Positions 1-8,842 of a stretch of DNA of 64,000 bases are shown here, piece by piece. Position numbers and translations under genes: made by a program. Positions within the stretch are counted from its first letter, which is position 1, and the number at the start of each line of letters is the position of its first letter. Origin of the DNA: an uncultured Gemmatimonadales bacterium (GTDB lineage Bacteria > Gemmatimonadota > Gemmatimonadetes > Longimicrobiales > RSA9); contig CAWFKH010000003.1 of assembly GCA_963816355.1 (NCBI GenBank), positions 704,001 to 768,000 on the forward strand, written 5' to 3'. The notes beneath the pieces were generated by a model, which was not told where the DNA came from, ran no database searches, and worked only from the letters and a program-made list of their open reading frames with translations.

Positions 1-2
1 CC

Positions 3-1718
3 TTCAGCGGCGCGACGAAGACGCTCTCGACGGGCGCGAGCGCGGCCGTCTCGCTCTCCACGAACGCGGGCGCGAGCTTCGCCTTCACGGGCGGCGGCCT
101 CGCGATCACGACGTCGAGCGGCGCCGGCTTCAGCGCGACGGGCGGCGGCACGGTGACGGTGAGCGGCGCGCTCAACACGATCGGCTCCGCGGGCGGGACG
201 CCGCTGACGGTGACGAGCACGACGATCGGCGCCGGGGGGCTCGCCTTCCGGAGCGTCGCCGCGACGGGCGGCACGAACGGGATCGTGCTGAGCAACACGG
301 GCGCGGGCGGCCTCACGGTGAGCGGCGACGGGGCGTCCGACGCGGCGAACACGACGCGCGGCCGCACGACGGCGAAGAGCGGAGGCGGCACGCTGGCGCT
401 CGGCTCGGGCGGCACGATCAGCGGCGTGACGGGGGCGGCCATCAGCCTGAGCTCGGTGAGCGGCGTGGTGCTGCGCAACATGACGATCTCGAACAGCGGC
501 GGGGCGGTGGTCAACAGCGGCGGGCACGGCATCGCGGCGAGCGGCGTCGCCGGGCTCACGCTCGACAACGTCCTGATCTCGGGCGTCGGCGCGAACATGG
601 GGATCTTCGGCACGAACGTCTCCGACCTCTCGATCCTGCACAGCGAGCTGGCCAACAACGCGACGGCGGCGGGCGTGGAGGCGTCCGACGTGTGGGGAGC
701 GCGCTTCAGCGAACTGACGGGAACGGGCCTGATCCAGAACTCGCTCCTGCACCACTCGGCCGCGAACATCTTCGGCATTCAGCAGACGACTGCGACGCCG
801 CTCTCGCTGACGGTCGACAACAGCGAGTTCCGCGACACGAACGCCGCGAGCCCCGGCAACGACGGACTGCTGGTGAGCGGCAACGGCTCGGCCAACGTGA
901 CGCTGTCGGTCTCGAACAGCTCGTTCCTGCGCGACCGCGCCAACGGCGTGCAGTACAACATGAACAACAACGCGGGCGGCGGCTCGCTCACCGTCCACTC
1001 GAGCGTCTTCGAGGCGAACGCGATCGACCTCAACGTCGCGCACCAGGGCACGGGCAAGACGGTGAGCTTCGACTTCACCGGCAACACGATGCGCCAGAGC
1101 GCGAGCGCGGCGGCCTCGAGCAACTCGATCAACGTCTTCCTGGCCGGCCTCTCGAGCGCCACCACGGTGCTCAAGGGGACCATCGCCAACAACGTGATCG
1201 GCAACGCGGGCGCGACCGACTCCGGCTCGACCGGCGGCGACGGCATCAACCTCTTCGCCAGCGGCGCGGGCACGCTGACCGCCAACGTGACCGGCAACAC
1301 GGTGCGCGGCATCAAGGTCGGCAGCGCCTTCTCGGCGACCTCCTCCTCGCACACCGGCCAGATCAACATCACGCTGCGCACGAACGACTTCCGCATCACG
1401 CCCTCGAGCAGCGGCTTCGCCCTCGCCGGCGTGCTCCTCGGCTTCGCCGGCCTCGCCGGCGACACGAGCACGATGTGCGCCGACCTCGTCGGCAACACCG
1501 CCTTCGTCGGCGACGCCACCTTCTTCGGCGCCTTCGTCAACGCCGGCGCCGGCGGATCCCAGACGCTCCAGCTCGTGGGCTACGCCGGAGCGGCCAACGA
1601 CCACGCGGCGATCGCCGCCTTCCTGAACACGACGGCCACCACGGTCTCGCCGGCCGCCGACGCCTCCACGCTCCCCTCCAGCGCCGTCGGCCGCGCCACC
1701 CCCTGCCCCCTGCCGTAG
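3..1718 (+). CDS. Large secreted/surface protein with parallel beta-helix-like G/S/T/N-rich repeats (5' partial; frame open from window start)
   Basis: Frame is open from position 3 (FSGATKTLSTGAS...) to TAG 1716-1718. Repeated beta-helix-type motifs (LRNMTIS, LDNVLIS, VDNSEF, VSNSSF, IANNVI, VTGNTV). Confidence 0.7.
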   Translation, partial: FSGATKTLSTGASAAVSLSTNAGASFAFTGGGLAITTSSGAGFSATGGGTVTVSGALNTIGSAGGTPLTVTSTTIGAGGLAFRSVAATGGTNGIVLSNTGAGGLTVSGDGASDAANTTRGRTTAKSGGGTLALGSGGTISGVTGAAISLSSVSGVVLRNMTISNSGGAVVNSGGHGIAASGVAGLTLDNVLISGVGANMGIFGTNVSDLSILHSELANNATAAGVEASDVWGARFSELTGTGLIQNSLLHHSAANIFGIQQTTATPLSLTVDNSEFRDTNAASPGNDGLLVSGNGSANVTLSVSNSSFLRDRANGVQYNMNNNAGGGSLTVHSSVFEANAIDLNVAHQGTGKTVSFDFTGNTMRQSASAAASSNSINVFLAGLSSATTVLKGTIANNVIGNAGATDSGSTGGDGINLFASGAGTLTANVTGNTVRGIKVGSAFSATSSSHTGQINITLRTNDFRITPSSSGFALAGVLLGFAGLAGDTSTMCADLVGNTAFVGDATFFGAFVNAGAGGSQTLQLVGYAGAANDHAAIAAFLNTTATTVSPAADASTLPSSAVGRATPCPLP

Positions 1719-1752
1719 AAGCCCGCCCCCGCGCTCCCTGAGCGCAGCGAAA

Positions 1753-1784
1753 GGGGGAGGAGCGGCCGACGCCGCTCCTCCCCC
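1753..1784 (+). terminator. Perfect 14-bp hairpin after the beta-helix gene (no U-tract)
   Basis: GGGGGAGGAGCGGC-CGAC-GCCGCTCCTCCCCC. Confidence 0.5.
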
Positions 1785-1786
1785 GC

Positions 1787-1955
1787 ACCGCCCGCAGACC
1801 CCCGACCGCCCGCAGACCCCCGACCGCCCGCAGACCCCCGACCGCCCGCAGACCCCCGACCCCCCGCAGACCCCCGACCCCCCGCAGACCCCCGTACCCC
1901 CCGCAGACCCGCGTACCCCCAACCCCCCCCAGACCCCCTCCGCAGACCCCAGACC
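1787..1955. repeat. 18-bp tandem repeat ACC(G/C)CCCGCAGACCCCCG, 6 near-perfect copies plus degenerate tail
   Basis: Units start at 1787, 1805, 1823, 1841, 1859, 1877 and then decay. Confidence 0.9.
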
Positions 1956-1988
1956 GGTCCGGGGTACCTACCCCCCAGCCTTACCCAA

Positions 1989-2017
1989 TTGACACAACCA
2001 CACCCACGCCTTACCGT
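1989..2017 (+). promoter_or_regulatory. sigma70-type promoter of the two-component operon
   Basis: TTGACA (1989-1994)-N17-TACCGT (2012-2017). Confidence 0.6.
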
Positions 2018-2127
2018 ACCCCCTCCCGATCGCTCTCCCCCGAAACGCGTGATGCGTAGACCCGGCCGAAGGGCCTTCCCGACGGGAGCCGGGGCGCCCC
2101 GGCCGTCGCGCACGGCCGCGAGTGATC

Positions 2128-3894
2128 ATGTCGCTGAGAACCCGAGTCCTCATCCTCTTCCTCACCCTGGCGGTGGCGCCGCTCGTGGTGGTCGCCGCCT
2201 TCGACTACTTCCAGTCGGTGCAGGCGCTCTCGGGCCTCGTCCAGGCGCAGAACGCGAACGTCGCCGGCCTCGCCGGGCGCGAGTTGGAGCGGCAGCTCGC
2301 GCGTCGTCAGGACGACCTCGGCATCCTCGCCGACAACCTCGCCACGCCCCAGGCGCTCTCGAGCGCCACCGCCGAACCCGCGTGGGAGCGCGTCGCCGGC
2401 GTCTTCTCCTCCTGGCTGCTCGACGCCGAGCTGCGCGACCGCGACGGCCGCCTCGCCGCGCGCTACGCGAACCGCTCGCCGCGTCCGGTGAGCGGCGCCT
2501 GCTCGGCGGAGCAGGAGAGCGTGCCGCTCACGCACGCGGTCCTGAACGTGCGCGGCGACACCATCGGAACGATCCTCGCGCACGCGCGGCCGGACGAGAT
2601 CTTCCCGGTGGACGCGCTCGCCGCGCGCGTCGGCGCTGCGGGCGTCGTCGCGGTCGTCGACCGCGCCACCGGCCACGTGCTCTACCAGGCGCGCTGCGAC
2701 GTGTCCGCCCGCACCGTCGCCGCGCTCGCGTTCGACCCGGCGCGGCCGGACGCGGGCGCGATCGACCTGACGCGCGCCGGCAGCCACGCCGACGGCCCCG
2801 CGGGTCGCGTCGCCGCCGTCGTCCCGCTCGACGCCCCGGCGTGGTCCGTCGTCTCGATCGCGGATCTCGGCGAGTTCGTGCTGCCGTTCCGCCGTTCGCG
2901 CGCCGTCTTCGTGCTGCTCGTGCTCTTCGTCGCGGGCGCCACCGCCGTCGCGTTCTGGCTCCTCCTCGGCCGCATCACGCGTTCGCTCAACGACCTCGCC
3001 GAGGCCGCCGACGAGGTCGGGCGCGGCAACCTGACGCCGCCGCTGCCGCCGCCCGCGGCCGACGAGGTGGGCCGCCTCGCCTTCGCCTTCGGCCTCATGA
3101 CCGACAAGGTGCAGGAGACGCTGCGCCAGATCGAGTCGACCCGGCAGCTCGCGACCATGGGCGAGTTCGCCGCCAAGGTGTCGCACGAGATCCGCAATCC
3201 GCTCAGCTCGATCCGCCTCAACCTGCAGGGGATCGAGCGCGAGGTGCGGAAGGGAAGGGTGCCGCGCGACCTCGAGGAGCCGGTCTCCACCTGCCTGCGC
3301 GAGATCGACCGCCTCGACCAGGTCGTGCGCGGCATCCTCTCGCTCGCGCGCGAGCAGCCGCTGCGTCGCCGTCCGTGCTCCGTCCACGCCCTGATCGAGG
3401 ACGCCGCCGGTCTCCTCGATCCGCAGCTCCGCGGCCAGTCGATCGCGCTCGCGTGCGGCCTCCACGCCGGCCGCGACACCGTCGTGGGCGACGAGACGCA
3501 GCTCCGCGCCACCGTCCTCAACCTCGTCCTCAACGCCGCCGACGTCATGCCGGACGGCGGCACGATCCGCCTCCACACCGACAACGGCGAGGGCGGCTCC
3601 GACACGGGCGTCGTGCGGATCCACATCGCGGACGAGGGGCCGGGCGTCGCGAGCGACATGCGCGAGGAGATCTTCCGGCCCTTCATGACGACGAAATCGA
3701 GCGGCACCGGCCTCGGGCTGCCGATCGCGCGCCGCACCGCCGAGCGCCACGGCGGCGCGCTCTACCTGGCGCCGCGCTCGCCGCTCGAGCGTGGCGCCGA
3801 GTTCGTGCTCGTCCTCCCCGCCGCCGAGATCGACGCGGACGGCGCCGTCGACGCGACGTCGCCCGCGTCCAACACCGAGCTGGTCCGCCTATGA
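2128..3894 (+). CDS. Membrane sensor histidine kinase (2 TM, periplasmic sensor, HAMP, HisKA, HATPase)
   Basis: H-box SHEIRNPL, N-box NLVLNA, DEGPG, IFRPFMTTK, GTGLGL; HAMP DEVGRLAFAF. Alternative GTG start at 2122. Confidence 0.92.
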   Translation: MSLRTRVLILFLTLAVAPLVVVAAFDYFQSVQALSGLVQAQNANVAGLAGRELERQLARRQDDLGILADNLATPQALSSATAEPAWERVAGVFSSWLLDAELRDRDGRLAARYANRSPRPVSGACSAEQESVPLTHAVLNVRGDTIGTILAHARPDEIFPVDALAARVGAAGVVAVVDRATGHVLYQARCDVSARTVAALAFDPARPDAGAIDLTRAGSHADGPAGRVAAVVPLDAPAWSVVSIADLGEFVLPFRRSRAVFVLLVLFVAGATAVAFWLLLGRITRSLNDLAEAADEVGRGNLTPPLPPPAADEVGRLAFAFGLMTDKVQETLRQIESTRQLATMGEFAAKVSHEIRNPLSSIRLNLQGIEREVRKGRVPRDLEEPVSTCLREIDRLDQVVRGILSLAREQPLRRRPCSVHALIEDAAGLLDPQLRGQSIALACGLHAGRDTVVGDETQLRATVLNLVLNAADVMPDGGTIRLHTDNGEGGSDTGVVRIHIADEGPGVASDMREEIFRPFMTTKSSGTGLGLPIARRTAERHGGALYLAPRSPLERGAEFVLVLPAAEIDADGAVDATSPASNTELVRL

Positions 3895-5240
3895 GCCGAC
3901 GCATCCTGATCGTCGACGACGACGAATCGCACCGCAAGACGCTGCAGCGCTTCCTCTCCGCGGACGACTGCGAGGCGATGGCGGTCGAGAGCGCCGAGAA
4001 GGCGTTCGGCGTCATCACCTCCTTCGACCCGCACATGGTCATCACCGACATCAAGATGCCGGGGATGAGCGGCTTCGACCTGCTGCACCGGCTGCGCGAG
4101 GTCCAGGACGACCGCGACGTCGTCATGGTCACCGCCTTCGAGGACATGCGTACCGCCATCGAGGCGATGAAGGAGGGCGCCTACGACTTCCTCGTGAAGC
4201 CGCTCGACCTCGACCAGCTCGAGGCGGTCGTCGAGCGCTGCTTCAAGGACCGCTCCTATCGCCGCAGGGCCAAGCAGCTCTCCGAGGAGGCCGCCGAAGG
4301 CGCCACCCTCGACACGCTCGTGGGCCGCGATCCCCGCATGATCTCCATCTACAAGCTGATCGGGCGCGTCTCGCAGACCCACACTCCCGTCCTCATCCGC
4401 GGCGAGACCGGCACCGGCAAGGAAGTCATCGCGCGCGCCATCCACTTCAACTCGCCGCGCGCCGAGGAGCCCTTCATCCCCGTCAACTGCACCGCGCTCC
4501 CCGAGACCCTCCTCGAGTCCGAGCTCTTCGGCCATGTCCGCGGCGCTTTCACCGGCGCCGTCGCCGAGCGCAAGGGACGCTTCGAGCTCGCCGGCTCCGG
4601 CACCATCTTCCTCGACGAGATCGGCGACACCAGCCCCACCTTCCAGGCCGAGCTGCTGCGCGTGCTCCAGGAGGGCGAGTTCCAGCCCGTCGGCGCCGAG
4701 CGCGTCCGCCACACCGACGCCCGCGTCGTCGCCGCCACGCACCGCAACGTCGAGGAGATGGTCAAGTCCGGCGACTTCCGCGAGGACCTCTACTTCCGAC
4801 TCCGCGTCGTCGAGATCGCCGTGCCCCCGCTGCGCGAGCGCCGCGCCGACATCCCGCTCCTCGCCCAGTACATCGTCAACAAGGTCGCCAAGCGCCTCCA
4901 CAAGCACGTCTTCGTCATCCCCGACCCCGTCATGGCCGAGCTGCTCGCCTACGACTGGCCCGGCAACGTCCGCGAGCTCGAGAACGCCATCACGCGCGCC
5001 ATCGTCCTCGCCCAGGGGCCCGCCGTCTCCGCCGACGACCTCGCCCTCGGCAGCGTCGCCGCCTCCGCTCCGCGCCTCGACGAGCTCGACGACGCCACCC
5101 TCGACACCGTCGAGGGCGCCCACGTCCAGCGCGTCCTCGCCCGCACCGGCGGCAACAAGACGAAGGCCGCCGAGATCCTCGGCATATCGCGCCCGCGCCT
5201 CGACCGCATCATCGAGCGCCACGAGCTCTTCGTTCCTTGA
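3891..5240 (+). CDS. sigma54-dependent response regulator (NtrC/AtoC family: REC-AAA+-Fis HTH)
   Basis: ATGA overlap with the kinase; ILIVDDD, TDIKMPG, GETGTGKE, ESELFGHVRGAFTGA, FLDEIG, WPGNVRELEN, GNKTKAAEILGIS. Confidence 0.95.
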   Translation: MSRRILIVDDDESHRKTLQRFLSADDCEAMAVESAEKAFGVITSFDPHMVITDIKMPGMSGFDLLHRLREVQDDRDVVMVTAFEDMRTAIEAMKEGAYDFLVKPLDLDQLEAVVERCFKDRSYRRRAKQLSEEAAEGATLDTLVGRDPRMISIYKLIGRVSQTHTPVLIRGETGTGKEVIARAIHFNSPRAEEPFIPVNCTALPETLLESELFGHVRGAFTGAVAERKGRFELAGSGTIFLDEIGDTSPTFQAELLRVLQEGEFQPVGAERVRHTDARVVAATHRNVEEMVKSGDFREDLYFRLRVVEIAVPPLRERRADIPLLAQYIVNKVAKRLHKHVFVIPDPVMAELLAYDWPGNVRELENAITRAIVLAQGPAVSADDLALGSVAASAPRLDELDDATLDTVEGAHVQRVLARTGGNKTKAAEILGISRPRLDRIIERHELFVP

Positions 5241-6919
5241 GCGGGGGCAGCGACGGCGGCCGCGGCCGGCGCAACGTCGCGCCGTCGATCGTCGACCTCT
5301 TCTTCGTCGCGCTCGCCCTCGCCATCCCGCTGCGCTGGAACTACCCGCTCCTCAACGCCGACGGCGACCTCGCCATCCACATCCGCATGGGCGAGACGAT
5401 CCTGCGCGACCACGCGATCCCCTTCGTCGATCGCTTCTCCTTCACCATGGCCGGCCAGCCGCTCATCCCGACCGCCTGGCTCAGCGAGGTCCTCTACGCC
5501 CTCGTGAACCGCGCCGCCGGCCTGCCCGGCGTCACCGTCTTCACCGGCCTCGTCATCGCCCTCACCTACGCCCTCGTCGTCGCCTTCCTGCGACGCCGCC
5601 GCGTCGACGGCCGCCTCGTCGTCATCGCCGGCCTCTTCAGCGTCCTCCTCGGCGCCATCCACTGGCTGCCGCGGCCCCACATCTTCACCATCCTCGGCTC
5701 TGCCGTCCTGATCCAGCTCCTCGAGCGCGAGCGCCAGACGCTCTGGCCCTACGCGCTCCTCTTCCTCCTCTGGTCCAACCTGCACGGCGGCTTCGTCTAC
5801 GGCCTCGTCGTCCTCGGCGGCTTCCTCGCCGGCGACGTCGCCGAGTGGTGGATGAGCCCGCAGAGGAATGGCGATACGGCGGCCGCCGCGGGACGCGGCG
5901 CGGACGTGGCCGAAGGCGGCGCGGACGTGGCCGATGGCGGCGCGGACGTGGCCGGGGGCGGCGCGGACCTGGCGCCGCCGGCGGGGCGTGCGTGGTGGAA
6001 GCGGCGCGCGCGCCGTCACGCGCTGGCGCTCGCAGTCGGCGTCGTCGCGTCGCTGGCCAACCCGGGCGGCGTGCTGCTGCTCAGGCAGATCGCTGGATCG
6101 CTCGGCAGCAGCCACATGGTCGACACGACCGTCGAGTACCGCTCGCCGAACTTCCACCTCTTCGGACCGCAGACGTTCCTCGCGGTCGTGCTGCTGCTGG
6201 TCGTCGTGCTCGCGCGCGGCCGCCGGCGCATGCCGTACCCGTGGCTCGCCACCCTCCTGCTCAACCTCTTCTTCGCGCTCTTCTCCGTGCGCAACATCCC
6301 GCTTTTCGGCGTGACCGCGCTGCCGCTCCTCACGCTGCACGCCGCGCGCGTCTTTCCGCGCCGCTCGCGGAAGTACCGCTTCGGCGACGACTTCGTCGCC
6401 ATCGAGCGCCGCTCCATCGTCGGCGTCTGGAGCGTGCCGACGCTCGCCGCCGTCCTCGCGCTCGCGCTCAACCACGGCCGCGTCGCCGGCGCGCAGCTGA
6501 TCCCCACCTCCTTCCACAAGGCCCACTTCCCGATCGAGGCGGTCGAGGCCGGGCGGGCCGCCCGCCTGGACGGCCGCATGTTCACGGAGTTCATCTGGGC
6601 CGGCTACGTCATCTACGCCTGGCCGGAGCAGCGCGTCTTCGCCTCCAGCCAGAAGTACACGGACCCCATCTCGGCCGACTACCTGAAGATCTACTACCTC
6701 GAGCCCGGCTGGCGCGCCGCCCTCGACCGCTGGCGCATCCAGATCCTCATGTTGCCCCGCCTCTCGCCCCTCGCCAATGAGGTCGGCCGCGAGAGCGGCT
6801 GGACCGTCTGGCACTGCGATCCCACCGCCATCGTCTACACCCGCGTCGGATACCGCCCACCACCCGCCCCACCGGTCACGTGTCCCGAGGTCGATCCGAA
6901 GCTTCGCGGCAAGGGATAG
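5237..6919 (+). CDS. Multi-pass membrane protein, putative GT-C-fold glycosyltransferase (function uncertain)
   Basis: TTG start overlaps the upstream stop (TTGA). DGD motif in the first extracytoplasmic loop (NADGDLAIHIRMG..IP..D.FS.T), about 10-12 hydrophobic segments, soluble C-terminal domain. Confidence 0.6.
   Translation: MSGGSDGGRGRRNVAPSIVDLFFVALALAIPLRWNYPLLNADGDLAIHIRMGETILRDHAIPFVDRFSFTMAGQPLIPTAWLSEVLYALVNRAAGLPGVTVFTGLVIALTYALVVAFLRRRRVDGRLVVIAGLFSVLLGAIHWLPRPHIFTILGSAVLIQLLERERQTLWPYALLFLLWSNLHGGFVYGLVVLGGFLAGDVAEWWMSPQRNGDTAAAAGRGADVAEGGADVADGGADVAGGGADLAPPAGRAWWKRRARRHALALAVGVVASLANPGGVLLLRQIAGSLGSSHMVDTTVEYRSPNFHLFGPQTFLAVVLLLVVVLARGRRRMPYPWLATLLLNLFFALFSVRNIPLFGVTALPLLTLHAARVFPRRSRKYRFGDDFVAIERRSIVGVWSVPTLAAVLALALNHGRVAGAQLIPTSFHKAHFPIEAVEAGRAARLDGRMFTEFIWAGYVIYAWPEQRVFASSQKYTDPISADYLKIYYLEPGWRAALDRWRIQILMLPRLSPLANEVGRESGWTVWHCDPTAIVYTRVGYRPPPAPPVTCPEVDPKLRGKG
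5897..5980 (+). repeat. In-frame 21-bp tandem repeat x4 (GADVAxG) in a loop of the membrane protein
   Basis: GGCGCGGACGTGGCCnnnGGC units at 5897, 5918, 5939, 5960. Confidence 0.85.
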
Positions 6920-6980
6920 CGCGCGCGCCCTCCCCACCCTCTCCGCGTCCTCCCGCCCGCAACGAATCGTTGTGGCACCC

Positions 6981-7090
6981 TGCGACATTATGTTACGGCG
7001 CGGGTCCGCATCCGCTCCCTCCGTTATCTACTAAACGTCGTGGCAGCAACGGTTTAAAGAACTTGCCCCACCCTGGCACGCGTATTGTCC
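6981..7090 (+). promoter_or_regulatory. sigma54 promoter region of the flp pilin gene: putative UAS, IHF-like site, -24/-12 element
   Basis: TGCGACATTATGTTACG (6981-6997); CAA-CGGT-TTA (7047-7056); TGGCACGCGTATTGTCC (7074-7090). Same layout at 19651-19757. Confidence 0.65.
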
Positions 7091-7099
7091 ATGTACCGG

Positions 7100-7360
7100 G
7101 CCGCAGTCAGCGATCATCCGATCGCACCTCGGCAGCATCGAGGGTCCCTCGGGCGCACCGAAATCGACGGGGTCGGGGATAACCCCGCAGTGATGGAGCT
7201 GACGGCCGTCTCCCGAACCGGGGAGGGGAGCGAGCCGATCGAAGACGGTGCGCCGAGGGAGGCTGTCTGGGAGGAGACCGGGGCGAAGGCGCCCCGCCGC
7301 AGCCTGCCCGAAGCCGGAGGCTGTGAACGCGCAACGCGGCAGCGGCCGCAAACCACAAGG
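7100..7360 (+). ncRNA. Long structured 5' leader of the pilin mRNA (unassigned RNA motif)
   Basis: TCCCTCGGGCGCACCG (7145-7160) pairs with CGGTGCGCCGAGGGA (7246-7260) around internal hairpins (CGGGG-ATAA-CCCCG). Further hairpins GGGGCG-AAGG-CGCCCC and GCAGCCT...AGGCTGT precede the RBS. Confidence 0.35.
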
Positions 7361-7367
7361 AGTCCTT

Positions 7368-7559
7368 ATGGTGGAGTACATGAACCGGCTGATCAGCAAG
7401 CTGGGCGAGGACGAGGCCGGTCAGGGCCTGGTCGAGTACGCGCTGATCCTGGTGCTCATCGCGATCGTGGTGATCGCGGCCCTCACCTTCCTGGGTGGGC
7501 AGGTCAGCACCGTGTTCAGCAACATCGCGAATTCGCTCAACGCGGCGAACGCGAGCTGA
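7368..7559 (+). CDS. flp: Flp/Tad (type IVc) major pilin, 63 aa
   Basis: AAGGAG RBS; EDEAG^QGLVEYALILVLIAIVVIAA processing and hydrophobic Flp motif. Confidence 0.95.
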   Translation: MVEYMNRLISKLGEDEAGQGLVEYALILVLIAIVVIAALTFLGGQVSTVFSNIANSLNAANAS

Positions 7560-7574
7560 CGGAAGGGCAGGCAG

Positions 7575-7627
7575 GGGACGGATCCGCCGGCATCCGCGCC
7601 GTTCGACGGGTGCCGGCGGTCCGTTCC
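7575..7627 (+). terminator. Long hairpin after the pilin gene (terminator or mRNA stabiliser)
   Basis: GGGACGGATCCGCCGGCATCCG ... CGGGTGCCGGCGGTCCGTTCC. Confidence 0.55.
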
Positions 7628-7670
7628 GCCCCCTTCGTGTACCGCTGCGGGAAGGAAGGAATCAGATGCA

Positions 7671-7699
7671 TTGCCCGCCAGCGGGAGTTGGATTAGACT
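7671..7699 (+). promoter_or_regulatory. sigma70-type promoter for the tad assembly genes
   Basis: TTGCCC (7671-7676)-N17-TAGACT (7694-7699). Confidence 0.55.
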
Positions 7700-7841
7700 A
7701 CAAGCTGATGTGTTCGCGCACGCATGTGCCGGGCACGCCAGCCAGAGGAAGTGCCCTCCACCGACTGCCCTCCCCCGGTCGTGGGTCGAAACACGTTGAC
7801 GCGACGCCCGACCGTACCGACTTGAAGACGTGACCGAGACG

Positions 7842-8351
7842 ATGGGAACCGTTCTGACACTGACCTTCGCGGTCGTGATGGGGCTGGCGGCGCTGTGGGA
7901 CGTGGCGACGCGCCGCATCCCGAACGCGCTCACGCTCGGCGGCCTCGGCATCGCGCTCGTGCTGCGCGCCGGCCTCGGCTGGGGTGCGCTCGGCGCCGGT
8001 GCGCTCGGTCTCGGTGTCGGGATCCTGGTGGGCCTGCCGCTCTTCGCGATCGGTGGGCTCGGCGGTGGAGACGCGAAGCTGCTCTTCGCCGCGGGCGCCT
8101 TCATGGGCCCCGCGAAGTTCCTGCCGTCGCTGCTGGCGGTGGCGTTCGTGGGCGGTGCGCTGGCGCTGCTCGTGATCTTACAGCGGGGCCTGCTGTTGCC
8201 CGCGCTCGCCAGTTCCGGCCGCGTGCTCGGCAACCTGCTCTCGTTCGGCCGGCGCGGAGAGCGTATCACCCTCGAAGATGCGCCAGCCCGGCTGACGATC
8301 CCGTACGGTGTGGCGATCGCGGCCGGCTGTCTCTGGGGATGGTTCGTATGA
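7842..8351 (+). CDS. cpaA: A24 prepilin peptidase (CpaA/TadV)
   Basis: WDVATRRIPN, GGGDAKL, IPYGVAI. Alternative GTG start at 7830. Confidence 0.92.
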   Translation: MGTVLTLTFAVVMGLAALWDVATRRIPNALTLGGLGIALVLRAGLGWGALGAGALGLGVGILVGLPLFAIGGLGGGDAKLLFAAGAFMGPAKFLPSLLAVAFVGGALALLVILQRGLLLPALASSGRVLGNLLSFGRRGERITLEDAPARLTIPYGVAIAAGCLWGWFV

Positions 8352-8827
8352 GGGAACGCGAGAATCCGATCCGCGCCGCGCGCCGAGCCGCACGCGGCCG
8401 ACGTGCGTCCCGCTCCGATTCGGGGCAGGCGCTCGTCGAGTTCGCGCTCGTCGTGCCGCTGCTGCTCCTGCTGCTCGTGGGCATCTTCGAGTTCGCGCGG
8501 GCGTGGAACGTCTATCAGGTGGAGACGGATGCGGCCCGCGAGGCGGCCCGCAAGCTGGTGGTCACGCCGACGGCGGCGAGCGTGCTCACCACCGATTCGA
8601 TCGACGCGATCGTGAACACCGCCTTCCAGCGCGCCGGCGTGGTGCCGACCGGCGTGACGTGGAGCGCCGACAACTGCGTCCACACGAACATCTGCAGCCC
8701 GCAGGGCGAGGCGGGCGACAACACCACCGTCACGGTGACGTACCCCTACAGCTTCGTGGTCCTCACCAAGCTGATGGGTCTGCCCGCGGTGACGCTGAAG
8801 ACGACCTTCGTGATGCGAAACGAATAG
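8348..8827 (+). CDS. tadE: TadE-like minor pilin/pseudopilin
   Basis: SG^QALVEFALVVPLLLLLLVGIFEF...AAREAAR. Confidence 0.9.
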   Translation: MRERENPIRAARRAARGRRASRSDSGQALVEFALVVPLLLLLLVGIFEFARAWNVYQVETDAAREAARKLVVTPTAASVLTTDSIDAIVNTAFQRAGVVPTGVTWSADNCVHTNICSPQGEAGDNTTVTVTYPYSFVVLTKLMGLPAVTLKTTFVMRNE

Positions 8828-8842
8828 AGCGACGGGTGTGAG

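Noticed and set aside
7100..7360. Known c-di-GMP-I/II or c-di-AMP riboswitch
   Set aside because: Conserved cores could not be matched by eye; kept only as an unassigned structured leader.
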